Source: Myxococcota bacterium
Lineage (GTDB): Bacteria; Myxococcota_A; UBA796; CAJQPC01
Direction of reading: 5' to 3'
NCBI GenBank assembly: GCA_036012755.1
Contig: DASCPX010000027.1
Location: 224,001 to 288,000 of the forward strand
Length of the DNA stretch: 64,000 bases
Below are positions 10,366 to 20,218 of this stretch, in pieces. The notes below the pieces were generated by a model. It saw only the letters and a list, made by a program, of their open reading frames with translations. It was not told the origin of the DNA and did no database searches. Both the position numbers and the translations under genes were made by a program. The first letter of the stretch is position 1. Each line of letters opens with the position of its first letter.

Positions 10366-11478
10366 TCAGTCCAGCCAGTCCCTGAGTACTTCGTCACGGT
10401 CCGCGCCCAGCGCTGGCGGAGGCCGCGCGGCGGTCCAGGCGGCCTCGCTCAACCGAAAGCCAGGAGGAAGGCTGAAGACCTCGCCCTGGCCTCCAGGATG
10501 GGGGTGGGCGCAGGGGTGGGCCCGCTTCAGCGCGTCCGGCACCGACGCCATCGCTCCTCCAGCGATTCCGAGCTCTCCGAGCCTGCTCGTCCAGGCCTCG
10601 ACGGTGCGCTCTCGGAATCGGGGCTCCAGCTCCGAGTCGAGCTCGGCGCGGTGGGCGATGCGAGCTGCATTCGTGGCGAAGCGCGCGTCGAGGTGCCAGC
10701 TCTCACCGAGCGCCTTGCTCAGCGACGCGAACATGCTGTCACTGCCACAGGCCACGTTCACCCACCCATCGCTGGCCTGGTAGGGCTGGTAGGGATGGAT
10801 GCTCGGGTGGGTGTTGCCACGGGGAACAGGCACCGAGCCGCCGTTGAGCCAGGCCGAGGCGTGGTAGCTGAGCAGGGCCAGCTGGCCGTCCAGCATCGAG
10901 ACGTCGACGAAGGCCCCCTCCCCTGTCCGCTGTCGCCTGACCAACGCAGCGAGGATCCCCTGGGTGGCGTTCATGCCCGCGACGATGTCCGCGATCGACG
11001 TGCCCGTCTTCCATGGCACCTCCCCGGTCCCGGTGATGCTGGGGATCCCCGAGAGTCCCTGGATGACGAGATCGTAGCCGGCACCCGGCCGGTCCTGGCC
11101 GAAGCCGGAGATCGAGCAGTACACCAGCGGTGGGTTGGCCTCCCGCAGCGTCTCGTAGCCGAGCCCCAGCCGAGCGCACACACCCGGTCGGAAGTTCTCG
11201 ATGACCACGTCGGCCTCTCGTGCGAGACGCTGAACCATGGCGAGGTCGTCCGGGTCCTTCAGGTCGGCGACGATGCTGCGCTTGCCCCGGTTGATAGAGA
11301 GGTAGTACGTCGAGATGCCCTGCGAAAAGGGCGGCCCGAAGCCCCGCGTGTCATCGCCTTGGGCGTGCTCTATCTTCACCACGTCCGCGCCGAGATCGGC
11401 CAGGGTCATCGTCGCGAATGGGCCGCTCAGCACTCGGGTGAGGTCGAGCACGCGGATGCCGTCGAGGGGGTTCGACAT
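10366..11478 (-). CDS. Family III (CaiB/BaiF) CoA-transferase
   Basis: PLDGIRVLDLTRVLSGP, NRGKRS, ENFRPG, SISGFGQ, catalytic Asp in SIADIVAG. Start reassigned to ATG 11478. Confidence 0.93.
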   Translation of the reverse strand: MSNPLDGIRVLDLTRVLSGPFATMTLADLGADVVKIEHAQGDDTRGFGPPFSQGISTYYLSINRGKRSIVADLKDPDDLAMVQRLAREADVVIENFRPGVCARLGLGYETLREANPPLVYCSISGFGQDRPGAGYDLVIQGLSGIPSITGTGEVPWKTGTSIADIVAGMNATQGILAALVRRQRTGEGAFVDVSMLDGQLALLSYHASAWLNGGSVPVPRGNTHPSIHPYQPYQASDGWVNVACGSDSMFASLSKALGESWHLDARFATNAARIAHRAELDSELEPRFRERTVEAWTSRLGELGIAGGAMASVPDALKRAHPCAHPHPGGQGEVFSLPPGFRLSEAAWTAARPPPALGADRDEVLRDWLD

Positions 11479-11518
11479 GTCGATTCGCCTTAGTCTTGGA
11501 GCGCTTGAGGAATAGCTC

Positions 11519-11983
11519 GTGGACGTCGCGCTCGGCATCGGGTTCTGGATCGCGGCCACCGTCTATGGTGGCGCGCTGTTCGCCTTCGCGATTCTCCTGA
11601 ACGCGCGCAGGCTCGTCGCGGACGGAGGGGCAGAGCACGTCGTGCGCGTGTGGCGGGCCTGGGGCCCCGGCCAGGGCTTGTCGCTGGGGCTCTTGATCCT
11701 CCTCGGCGCGGTCCGCTACTACCTCGAGGTGGGGGGCTTCTCCTGGCCTCTGGAGACCCAGCCACAGCAGCTCACCGCTGCGGCCCACGTGGTCTTTCTC
11801 GTGATGTGGGGCTCTTCCTTCCACGCCGAGATCTGGACGCTGGAGCCCTGCCGCAAGCTCGACCACCAGGGCGCGGTCACCGACCGGCCTGCCTACGAGG
11901 CCGCTGCGGGCGCGGTCGCGCGCCAGGTCACCTTCAACGCGCTGCTCTTCTGTGCCGTCGGGATCCTGCTGCTGTTGGCCTAG
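11519..11983 (+). CDS. Hypothetical integral membrane protein (about 4 TM helices)
   Basis: Four hydrophobic stretches, GAGGA upstream of the GTG start, coding-like codon usage. Confidence 0.75.
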   Translation: MDVALGIGFWIAATVYGGALFAFAILLNARRLVADGGAEHVVRVWRAWGPGQGLSLGLLILLGAVRYYLEVGGFSWPLETQPQQLTAAAHVVFLVMWGSSFHAEIWTLEPCRKLDHQGAVTDRPAYEAAAGAVARQVTFNALLFCAVGILLLLA

Positions 11984-12116
11984 TTCCCGCATTCCGAAGT
12001 CCCGAACCTCGTCCACCGTCTCGTTGCGGGAACTACGGCACGCGAAGCGGGCCGCCGAGGGGGGCGCCGAAGGCGCCGGTGGAAGGCGCGTCGCGACTTC
12101 TGCCGAGGGGCACTAG
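11980..12116. mobile_element. MITE-like 137-bp element with imperfect terminal inverted repeats, bounded by CTAG
   Basis: Left end CTAGTTCCCGCATTCCGAAGTCCCGA (11980-12005) versus reverse-complemented right end CTAGTGCCCCTCGGCAGAAGTCGCGA (12091-12116): 18/26 identical. Internal perfect inverted copy of TAGTTCCCGCA at 12024-12034. Confidence 0.5.
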
Positions 12117-13918
12117 TCGGACAGCCGGCCCCACTCCCTCAAGCGCCGCTCGTAGCGCGTGCCCTCGTGAGCGGGCCACGAGCGTGTCCAGAGCTCCGGC
12201 GGAGATCTCGTCGGGAGCTCCTCGCGCAGGTCCCACAGGACGTATTCCCCCTCCACCAGGACCGGATCACCCAGGATCTCCACGAGCGCCTCGGTGGTGT
12301 CGAACACGGCCTCCTCACGCTGCTGGTCGGAGAGGCGTTGCTTCGCCCACTGCTTGATGTCGACCTCGGCGAGATCCCTGTGGAAGACGACCCACCGGAA
12401 GCCCTCGTCCTCGAAGCGCTGCCGCTGGCCCTCGCTGTAGGTCTGCACATCACCGCGGCTCCGGGTGGCTTCGATCAGGGCCGAGACGAAGCTGTTGCGG
12501 AGGCGGTTCTTGAAGCCCTCGGGCCACAACAGCCGCGCGTTCTCCCCCATGCCTCCGAAGAGCTTCTGCTCGTGCATGGTCTGCCAGACGATCGCGGGCT
12601 GGGAGATGCCGAAGGGGAGGTGGATCACTCCCCCGCCCTCGTCGCGCACGATCTCGAAGGTGCGCGGCAGCGTCGCGTCGCGGGTAACGAAGGGAAAGAC
12701 GCCATAGAGCGCCGAGTCCGCCAGCGACACCACCGTGAACAGCCCGCAGGCCAGCGGGATCCAGCGGCCCCAGCCGCGCTCGAAGGCCCGCTGTGCGAGC
12801 CCGCCGAGGCCCACGCAGAGCACCAGGAAGAGCACGCTGGCCATGCGATAGGGGAACCACAGCCGGTCGAAGGCAGGGAGGTAGTGGTAGAGCGCCATGT
12901 ACCAGGGCAGGACGACCGTGCCGTCGGCGCCAGGCCCCTCGTAGACCGGCCCGATGGCGAGCAACAGGATGGCCAGGAAAGCCGGCACCCATCGCCAGCG
13001 GTCGCGTCCGAGAGCCAACCAGGCGAGCAGACAGGGCCACCAGGCCCAGTTCGTGAGGAGCGGCGCGCCCTCGAACTCGGCGAGCAGCAGCCCGTGCAGG
13101 TTCGAGCTGACGTTGTTGGACAGCGCCGACGGCAGGGCGAGCATCTCGGCCGGTCCGTCGCTGAGCCCGGGCACCGCGCCCTCCGCCGCGAGCCCCGCCA
13201 TCCTCAAGGCGGCCGGGAGCACGAGCAGGGCACACATCGCTCCGGCTACGGCGTAGCGACCCAAGAGCCGCCCGCGCTCCTCGCTGCGAACGAGCGCATG
13301 GAGCCCCAGACCGAACAGCAGGAAGGCGACGAACCAGCCCATGAACCAGTAGGTCCAGGCCTGGAGCGCCACGAAGAGCCCGCAGTACAGCGCGTTGCGC
13401 CAGCGAGAGTCCTTCTCCATGGCGAGGAAGCAGTGCACGGCGAGCGGGAGGAAGGGCAGGAAGGCCTGCGTCAGGCGTCCGCAGGTGATCTCGAAGACCA
13501 CGTAGGGGTTGAGCATCCAGGCCACCGTGGCGGCGATGACCGCCCAGCGCGAAGTGAAGAGCCCCCGCGCGAGCACCCTGAAGGTGAGCGCGTTGGCCAC
13601 CAGCATGGCCAGCACGAACCACCGCTGGTAGCCCGGGTTGCCGAAGAGCCAGTACAGCGGGGCGGCGAACAGCGCGTCGACGAAGTTGTTCCCGGTGTGG
13701 GCGAAGATGTCCTTGCCCAGCGGGTAGAAGAAGAAGTCCGTGAAGCCGGGGTCCGTGAGCGTGGTGACGCAGTGCTGGACCCACCAGTAGAACCAGAGGG
13801 TCCCGTAGGCGTCGACCCCGTCGCCGACGACGTGCCCCGAGGCCAGCGCCGGAGAGATGGCGAGCAGCGCCAGGCCCACGTAGGCCAGTACCTCCAGCCC
13901 GAGCCCCCGATACCTCAC
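12113..13918 (-). CDS. Polytopic membrane protein, probable GT-C-fold glycosyltransferase
   Basis: GTG 13918 overlaps the upstream stop. Many TM helices, GDGVD..GTLWFYWW and FFYPLG in the first loop, FDRLWFPYR motif, C-terminal soluble domain ending ..GFRWVVFH. Confidence 0.7.
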   Translation of the reverse strand: MRYRGLGLEVLAYVGLALLAISPALASGHVVGDGVDAYGTLWFYWWVQHCVTTLTDPGFTDFFFYPLGKDIFAHTGNNFVDALFAAPLYWLFGNPGYQRWFVLAMLVANALTFRVLARGLFTSRWAVIAATVAWMLNPYVVFEITCGRLTQAFLPFLPLAVHCFLAMEKDSRWRNALYCGLFVALQAWTYWFMGWFVAFLLFGLGLHALVRSEERGRLLGRYAVAGAMCALLVLPAALRMAGLAAEGAVPGLSDGPAEMLALPSALSNNVSSNLHGLLLAEFEGAPLLTNWAWWPCLLAWLALGRDRWRWVPAFLAILLLAIGPVYEGPGADGTVVLPWYMALYHYLPAFDRLWFPYRMASVLFLVLCVGLGGLAQRAFERGWGRWIPLACGLFTVVSLADSALYGVFPFVTRDATLPRTFEIVRDEGGGVIHLPFGISQPAIVWQTMHEQKLFGGMGENARLLWPEGFKNRLRNSFVSALIEATRSRGDVQTYSEGQRQRFEDEGFRWVVFHRDLAEVDIKQWAKQRLSDQQREEAVFDTTEALVEILGDPVLVEGEYVLWDLREELPTRSPPELWTRSWPAHEGTRYERRLREWGRLSD

Positions 13919-14028
13919 TTCTTCTTCTTGAACTCCCGCCACCAACGGGGTCCGATGATGCCGAGGATCACGAGGCAGGATGCCGTGACGAAGAGCGCCT
14001 CGTCGAGACCGAAGACGATGTCGCTCAT
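13915..14028 (-). CDS. Small (37 aa) single-TM protein
   Basis: MSDIVFGLDEALFVTASCLVILGIIGPRWWREFKKKK; RBS GAGGGAG; ATGA overlap upstream and GTGA overlap downstream. Confidence 0.65.
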   Translation of the reverse strand: MSDIVFGLDEALFVTASCLVILGIIGPRWWREFKKKK

Positions 14029-15146
14029 CTCTCCCTCGAGGTGCGGTGTTGCTTCGCGATGCCGGCCTCGACGAGAGCATCGACGTCGACGCCAGCGTCG
14101 CCGAGGATGGCACGGGTGTGCTCGCCGAGGAACGGAACCTGTGGCGAAGTCGACCACGGGAAGGGCGCTCTGGCCATCGGGATGCCAAGGACCTCTTCGA
14201 AGGACCCGCGAGCGACGTGCTGCGGATGCTCGGAGACCTCGCGCGCCGTCAGGGCGGGGCCGACGCAGCAGGCCTGGAGGGACCGGACCCAGCTGTCGCG
14301 GGACCTCGTGGCGAAGAGCGCGGCCAGCGCCTCCGGCTCGGGGGCGACCGGAGCCTCGAGCTGCGCGACGAACCTCATCCAGAACTTGGGCTCGATGGGA
14401 CCCAGCGTGATCCAACCGCCGTCGGCGCAGCGATACGAGCGGTAGCTGGCCAACCCGCCAGTCAGCATCTCGCCCTGGGGACGCAGGTCGCGGTCCTCTG
14501 ACACGGCCATTGCGAGGTGTGGGGCGAGCAGGGACAGGGCGCCTTCGGTCATCGAGACGTCCAGCAGCCGTGTGCCCCCCTCCCGGTCGCGCCCGAGCAG
14601 GGCGGCGCAGATGGCGAGCGCCGCGGTGAGCGCACCCCCGGCGAGATCTGCGATCTGCACGGGGTGCGGCGCGCCACGCCCGTCGGCCGCCACGACGCCC
14701 GCGTAGCCGAGGTAGTTCAGGTCGTGCCCGGGCTCTTGCGCCAGGGGACCCGTCTGGCCGAAGCCGGAGAGCGAGCAGATCACGAGCTTCGGGTAGCGCT
14801 GCAGAAGCTCCTCCGGCACGAGCCCGATGCGCGCCAGGGAGCCTGGTCTGAAGCCCTCCAGCAGCACGTCAGCGCCCTCGAGCAGGGCCCGAAAGGCCTC
14901 CAGCCCCGCGGGCTCGCGCAACTCCAGCGCCACGGACTTCTTCCCCCTGTTCACGGCGGCGAAGAAGACGCTCTGCCCTTGGAGCAGAGGCGGGAGATTC
15001 CAGGTGTAGTCCGAGGTGTCAGGCGGCTCGACGCGTATGACCTCTGCCCCCAGCGCGCTGAGGTACCAGCTGCAGAAGGGCCCCGGCAGCAGGCGTGAGA
15101 GGTCCAGCACTCGCAAGCCCCTGAGAGGGCCCGGGTTCCGTTCCAT
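14025..15146 (-). CDS. Family III CoA-transferase / alpha-methylacyl-CoA racemase-like protein
   Basis: PLRGLRVLDLSRLLPGP, NRGKKS, EGFRPG, GHDLNY, QIADLAGG. Start reassigned to ATG 15146. Confidence 0.92.
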   Translation of the reverse strand: MERNPGPLRGLRVLDLSRLLPGPFCSWYLSALGAEVIRVEPPDTSDYTWNLPPLLQGQSVFFAAVNRGKKSVALELREPAGLEAFRALLEGADVLLEGFRPGSLARIGLVPEELLQRYPKLVICSLSGFGQTGPLAQEPGHDLNYLGYAGVVAADGRGAPHPVQIADLAGGALTAALAICAALLGRDREGGTRLLDVSMTEGALSLLAPHLAMAVSEDRDLRPQGEMLTGGLASYRSYRCADGGWITLGPIEPKFWMRFVAQLEAPVAPEPEALAALFATRSRDSWVRSLQACCVGPALTAREVSEHPQHVARGSFEEVLGIPMARAPFPWSTSPQVPFLGEHTRAILGDAGVDVDALVEAGIAKQHRTSRER

Positions 15147-15177
15147 GGGCTTCGTGTAGCGGGTTAGGGCCCGTTCT

Positions 15178-16020
15178 GTGAGACCGAAGCCGCTCTTCAT
15201 CATCTCGGACGGCACCGGCGACACCGCCGAGAAGGTGGTGCACGCCTGTCTGCTGCAGTTCGCTGGTGCGCCGGTGCAGCCCCAGACCTTCCCGCACGTC
15301 TCCGACGCGGAGGAGATCCGCCGGCTCTTCAAGCTGGCCAAGGAACACGACGCCCTCGTCGTCACGACGCTCGTTCGTGGCGAGCACCGCGACGAGGCCG
15401 CGCGCCTCGCCCAGCAGTATCGACTGGCTTTCGTCGACATCGTCGGCAACATGCTCTCGAGCCTGAGCAACTACCTGAAGGTCGCCCCGCTGGAGACAGC
15501 CGGGCTCCTGCACCGCGCCGACGATCGCTACTTCCGGCGGGTGGCCGCGGTGGAGTTCACGGTCAAGGCAGATGACGGAAAGGAGCCCAGGATGCTCCGT
15601 GACGCCGAGATCGTGCTCGTCGGCGTGTCACGCACGAGCAAGACCCCGCTGTCGGTCTTCCTGGCCCACAAGGGCTACCGCGTCGGCAACGTGCCCCTGG
15701 TCCTCGATCGTGAACCGCCAGAGCCGCTCTGGGACGTCGACCCCCGCCGCATCTTCGCGCTCACGATCGACCCTGAACACCTCCAGGAGATCCGGAGGCA
15801 GCGAATCGAGCAGATGCGAATGTCGGACCGGACCAACTACTGCCAGATGGACTACATCATGGCGGAGCTGGACTACGCCCACGACCTCTTCGATCGCAAC
15901 CGCGACTGGCCGGTGATCGACGTGACGAACAAGGCAGTCGAGGAGACCGCCGCCAACATCCTCAAGGTCCTGGCTGCCAGGGGACTCGCCACGCACGTCG
16001 GCGAGGTGGGCCAGCTGTGA
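15178..16020 (+). CDS. ppsR: PEP synthase / pyruvate phosphate dikinase regulatory kinase-pyrophosphorylase (DUF299)
   Basis: ISDGTGDTAE, YFRRVAAVEFTVKADDG, LVGVSRTSKTPLS, VTNKAVEETA. Confidence 0.92.
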   Translation: MRPKPLFIISDGTGDTAEKVVHACLLQFAGAPVQPQTFPHVSDAEEIRRLFKLAKEHDALVVTTLVRGEHRDEAARLAQQYRLAFVDIVGNMLSSLSNYLKVAPLETAGLLHRADDRYFRRVAAVEFTVKADDGKEPRMLRDAEIVLVGVSRTSKTPLSVFLAHKGYRVGNVPLVLDREPPEPLWDVDPRRIFALTIDPEHLQEIRRQRIEQMRMSDRTNYCQMDYIMAELDYAHDLFDRNRDWPVIDVTNKAVEETAANILKVLAARGLATHVGEVGQL

Positions 16021-16382
16021 TCCGGGTCGTCGGGGCCGTCGCCGTCGTCGATGGACGGGTGCTCCTGGCGCGCCGGGGCCCCGGCTCCTACGAGGGCCGT
16101 TGGGAGTTTCCCGGAGGCAAGGTCGAGGCTGGCGAGGACGATCGCGCCGCTCTCGCCCGTGAGATCAGAGAGGAGCTCGCCGTGTCGGTGAGGGTCTCCG
16201 AGCACCTGGCCACCGGCTCCGACGAGCGCATCGAGCTCCACTGCTACCGCGTGCAGCTCGATGGAGAACCCCGAGCGCTCGAACACACCGAGCTGGCGTG
16301 GTTCCCGCTCTCCGCCCTCGCGAGCGTGGATGTTCCCCCAGCGGACGTCCCCGCAGTCGAGGCCTTGCTCGCGGGCGTATAG
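16017..16382 (+). CDS. NUDIX hydrolase (MutT/NudG-like)
   Basis: WEFPGGKVEAGE....ALAREIREEL Nudix box. Confidence 0.92.
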   Translation: MIRVVGAVAVVDGRVLLARRGPGSYEGRWEFPGGKVEAGEDDRAALAREIREELAVSVRVSEHLATGSDERIELHCYRVQLDGEPRALEHTELAWFPLSALASVDVPPADVPAVEALLAGV

Positions 16383-16435
16383 TTCAAGTTGGCACGCCTC
16401 TCTCCCCTGCGGGCCTTGACCCCGGAGCCTCCGCC

Positions 16436-18253
16436 TTGATCGGGTCGGTGATCGACAAGTACCAGGTCCTCGAGAAGGTCGGCGAAGGCGGCATGGCCAC
16501 GGTCTACCTGGGCAAGCACGTCACCCTGGGGCGGGTCGTGGCGATCAAGGTGCTCCACCCGCACCTCTCTGCGTCGACGCGGAATCGCCTGCGCTTCGAG
16601 CGCGAGGCCCGGGCGATCGAGCACCTCGACCACGAGAACATCCTGGAGATCTACGACTACAGCGGCCGAGACGTCCAGGACTGCTACATCGTCACGGAGT
16701 TCGTGAAGGGGAGGACGCTGCACGCGCTCATCTCGGAGCGGGGGCTCGTGCCATCCGAGGTCGCGGCGATGGTCGGGCTCAGGCTGGCCTCTGCCCTGGC
16801 CTATGCCCACCACGCGGGCATCATCCACCGGGACCTCAAGCCCGAGAACGTGATGCTCTCGGACGACGGGACCGTGAAGCTGATGGACTTCGGCATCGCG
16901 CGTTTCCTCGACGAGACGACGGTGACGATGACCGGGGCGCTGGTCGGCAGCCCCGCCTACATGAGCCCCGAGCAGGCACTGGAGCGCGCTGTCGACGCGC
17001 GGAGCGATCTGTTCTCCCTGGGCTCGCTGCTGTTCCACCTCGTGACGGGGCGCCTCCCCTTCACCGGAAGCAACCCCAGCATCATCCTGCGGAACATCAT
17101 CGAGGCTCGGCGGGCGGATGTCCTGGAGCTCCAGCCCGCCGCGAGCGCGCGCCTGGCAGACGTCATCGAGAGGTTGCTGCAGACCAACCCGGAGGGTCGC
17201 TTCGAGGACGCCGTGGGTGTCCGGGATGCCCTCTCGAAGGTGCTGGAGGAGTCGGACCTGTCCGAGGAGACCCCCGAATGGAGCCTCATCACCTACCTCG
17301 AGGACGCTGACGACTACGAGCGTCGGCTCGCGGAGCACCTCGATGTCCGCCTCCTCGAGCACGGTCGGGCAGCCTTCAAGGCTGGGGACCACCTCGACGC
17401 CCAGCGCATGTTCAACCGCCTGCTGGCCCGTCACCCGGAGCACCCGGAGGTCCTGGAGATCCTCGCGAATGCACAGTTCCCGGATGTGCTCGACCGCCCC
17501 GAGAGGGCCGACCGGACGCCCCTTGTCACCGGCCTGCTCGTGCTGCTCGCCGTGGTGCTCGCCGGCGTCGCGTGGGTGTTATTGTCCCCCAAGGAGACCG
17601 TCGAACCCGTCGAGGCAATCGTCGTCGTCGACGAGCCGCCCGAGCTCCCTGACCTCGAGATCAGCGAGGTCGACATGCAGGACCCGAGCGAGGTCGAGGC
17701 CATCGAGCCGCCGGTCGAGCGCGTCGAGGTCCCGACGACCCCCGTCACCCACGAGCCGGCGGTCGAGCCCGAGTTCGGGGAGCCGGTCATCGCTGATCTC
17801 GAGGCGGCGGTGCCACTGCCCGGCCACCTCCGACTCAAGCTGGCCAGCCCCGGGCACGGCGACCTCTTCCTCAACGGCGAGCTGACGGGGAAGGTCAGTA
17901 CGGGGAGTCGCGTCGTGGAGCTCCCCGCCGGGGAGTACGAGGTCGTCGTGAAGAACCAGTACGCGCACGACTTCATCCAGATCGTCCGCGTCTCCGAGGG
18001 AGAGACCAAGCTTGTCGAGGTGCTCATGCGGAAGAAATACTTCACCCTGCGCGTCGGCAGCCTCGATCCGCTCTGCGAGGTCTCGGTCGACGGGGCCCCC
18101 TACGGCACCGTCGAGAAGTTACACGGCCTCGTGAACATCCTGCCCGAGAAGGTGAAGTACACAGGCGTGGTGCGCTTCGACTGCCCTGACGGTCGCCTGG
18201 AGTACGAGGTGGAGGGGCAGGCAGGTGGCGACGAACTGGAGCTCCCCCCCTGA
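16436..18253 (+). CDS. Membrane Ser/Thr protein kinase with extracytoplasmic PEGA-like domain
   Basis: Likely TTG start at 16436 after [56 protein letters not shown]; acidic Pro-rich linker; [11 protein letters not shown] repeat typical of PEGA. Confidence 0.9.
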   Translation: MIGSVIDKYQVLEKVGEGGMATVYLGKHVTLGRVVAIKVLHPHLSASTRNRLRFEREARAIEHLDHENILEIYDYSGRDVQDCYIVTEFVKGRTLHALISERGLVPSEVAAMVGLRLASALAYAHHAGIIHRDLKPENVMLSDDGTVKLMDFGIARFLDETTVTMTGALVGSPAYMSPEQALERAVDARSDLFSLGSLLFHLVTGRLPFTGSNPSIILRNIIEARRADVLELQPAASARLADVIERLLQTNPEGRFEDAVGVRDALSKVLEESDLSEETPEWSLITYLEDADDYERRLAEHLDVRLLEHGRAAFKAGDHLDAQRMFNRLLARHPEHPEVLEILANAQFPDVLDRPERADRTPLVTGLLVLLAVVLAGVAWVLLSPKETVEPVEAIVVVDEPPELPDLEISEVDMQDPSEVEAIEPPVERVEVPTTPVTHEPAVEPEFGEPVIADLEAAVPLPGHLRLKLASPGHGDLFLNGELTGKVSTGSRVVELPAGEYEVVVKNQYAHDFIQIVRVSEGETKLVEVLMRKKYFTLRVGSLDPLCEVSVDGAPYGTVEKLHGLVNILPEKVKYTGVVRFDCPDGRLEYEVEGQAGGDELELPP

Positions 18254-18343
18254 GCCGGCTACGCTGGTGTCGTCAGGGCTACGACAGCGATGTCACGAAA
18301 CCGGGCTCGCGGGATGCAGCCACCCAACGATGATCAAGTGCTG

Positions 18344-18730
18344 ATGCGGATCTCCGCGATCTGGCCCGTGGCTTGCAGTCTATCCTTGGCGACCGGGTGC
18401 TATTTCGGCCCCATCAACGCCATCGACTCCAACACCTCACCCGAGATCTACAGCTCCAACGTGAAGTTCGGCGAGCCACTGCTGATCGAAAAGGACGCCA
18501 CCCGGGTCGTGGTGTACGCCTCTGACGACGACGAGGCGACCCTCTTCGCGGTGTGGGACCTGTCCGCCGATGGCTTCATCCACGACGCCCAGACCAGCTA
18601 CGACCCGACCTTCTGGACCCAGGTCGAGCTCGACCGCGACGACGACCTCGACGGACAGGTGCTGACGGTCATGGTCAGTGATGGCCGCACGCAGGACGTC
18701 GAGAGTTGGCTCCTGGAGGTGGTCCGATGA
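18344..18730 (+). CDS. Hypothetical lipoprotein with Ig/cadherin-like domain
   Basis: Lipobox SLATGC; N.SP.I...A.D.D...W...V.VSDG pattern. Start uncertain (18290, 18314 or 18344). Confidence 0.65.
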   Translation: MRISAIWPVACSLSLATGCYFGPINAIDSNTSPEIYSSNVKFGEPLLIEKDATRVVVYASDDDEATLFAVWDLSADGFIHDAQTSYDPTFWTQVELDRDDDLDGQVLTVMVSDGRTQDVESWLLEVVR

Positions 18731-20199
18731 TCGTCCTCCTCGCCCTGATCTCCTGCGCTGACAAGAGCGCTGACGGAGTCCAGGCGCTCTCCCCAACTGA
18801 CGAGTTCGACAGCGAGTTCGACCTGCGCATCGACGTCTACCCGCCCGCGCAGCTCCCGGACGGCCGCAGCCTCGATCTGCTCGAGCAGTCCTTCCGCGGT
18901 GTCGGTGCGAGCACTGGCTGGGATGTCTCCCTGCCGCTTGAGGACGCGGTCAACATCGGCGGCACGCTGTCGGGCTTCGTGGTGAACAAGACCGCCGACG
19001 TCAGCGTCCCCGGCGAAGAGACGCGCGTTCCCGGGTACTTCGAGGCCTTCGTCCCGGACACCATCATGTCGCGCCAGGTGGCCACGGACGACGAGGGCGA
19101 CTTCCGGACCGAGCTCGTGCCCAGCGAGGGCTACACCTTCGCCTGGATTCCCGACAACAGCATCGAGCTACCCTTCCTCGTCACCACGGACGAGGACATC
19201 CACGCCGCCCTGGACCTCTCGGTGACGCTCGACGAAGGGCTGCCGCTCTACGGCCGCATCACCCACGGCGCGGATGAGGAGCCTCCGCCCTACGGGACGG
19301 TGGTCCAGGCGTTCGACCCGGAGAGCGGCATCGGCGGACCGGTCGTGCTCGCAGAGCCCGATGGGGACTTCCTCCTGCGTGTCTACCCGGGCGACTACGA
19401 GCTCGTCGTCTGGCACTCGGAGAACCCCTTCTTCCCCACCCAGCGCTTCGACGTCTGGGTCCAGGCGGCGGACGGGTTCAACCAGGACGTCCACTACGAC
19501 ACCCTCACGACGCAGACGGTCTATGGCGACGTGGTCGACGAGCAGGACAGCCCCCTGTCGAACGTGCTGGTGCGCATCACCTCCACCGACCTGGACGGAA
19601 CCCCCGAGGGCGAGCTCGTCGTCGAGACCGAGACGGACGGCTACGGCAGCTACCTCGCGCGACTGGTCTCTGGCACATACGACATCGAGTTCGTCCCCCC
19701 ATACGAGTCCGAGCTGGGCCCCTCCCGTGTCCTGGGGTTCGAGGTGCTGGAGGAAGGCGAGCTGGAACCCGCCACGCTCGCGTCTCGGCCGCTCGTGCAG
19801 GGGACCGTGGTCGGAACGGACGGCAGCCCGGTCGGCGGGACGCTGGTCCGCGCTATGGAAGAGGCCTTCTACGGCTACGTCTACGAGACGACGGCCAACG
19901 ACGATGGCCTCTTCGTCCTCCCGGTCTCCAGCGGCACGCTGATGTGGACCTTTCAGCCGCCGGCCGACGCAAACCTCGCGACCACCTTCGTCCGCGCAGA
20001 GCCCACGGCGCTTTTGGACTCCGGTCAAGTCGAACTCGCCGCCGGTGAGCTGATCACCGGCGACGTGTCCTGGAACGGAGAGGCGGTTCCCTTTGCCGTG
20101 CTCGACATCCGCGACTCGGCCAACCGCCTCTTCGCCACTGGCGCCACCGACGCCGACGGGCACTTCAGCGTGCGCGTCGACGTGGAGGGTGGGCGCTGA
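18727..20199 (+). CDS. Acidic lipoprotein with tandem carboxypeptidase-regulatory (prealbumin-like) beta-sandwich repeats
   Basis: MIVLLALISC; repeated G.V.D..G.P...V....TD..G.Y/F...V..G.Y units; GGAGGTGG RBS; ATGA overlap. Confidence 0.75.
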   Translation: MIVLLALISCADKSADGVQALSPTDEFDSEFDLRIDVYPPAQLPDGRSLDLLEQSFRGVGASTGWDVSLPLEDAVNIGGTLSGFVVNKTADVSVPGEETRVPGYFEAFVPDTIMSRQVATDDEGDFRTELVPSEGYTFAWIPDNSIELPFLVTTDEDIHAALDLSVTLDEGLPLYGRITHGADEEPPPYGTVVQAFDPESGIGGPVVLAEPDGDFLLRVYPGDYELVVWHSENPFFPTQRFDVWVQAADGFNQDVHYDTLTTQTVYGDVVDEQDSPLSNVLVRITSTDLDGTPEGELVVETETDGYGSYLARLVSGTYDIEFVPPYESELGPSRVLGFEVLEEGELEPATLASRPLVQGTVVGTDGSPVGGTLVRAMEEAFYGYVYETTANDDGLFVLPVSSGTLMWTFQPPADANLATTFVRAEPTALLDSGQVELAAGELITGDVSWNGEAVPFAVLDIRDSANRLFATGATDADGHFSVRVDVEGGR

Positions 20200-20218
20200 G
20201 CGCGAGCTCGCGGGGGCG

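Noticed and set aside
7498..11493. 1331-aa plus-strand ORF
   Set aside because: Antisense shadow of accC, lon and the CoA-transferase, caused by high GC at third codon positions. No recognisable motifs.
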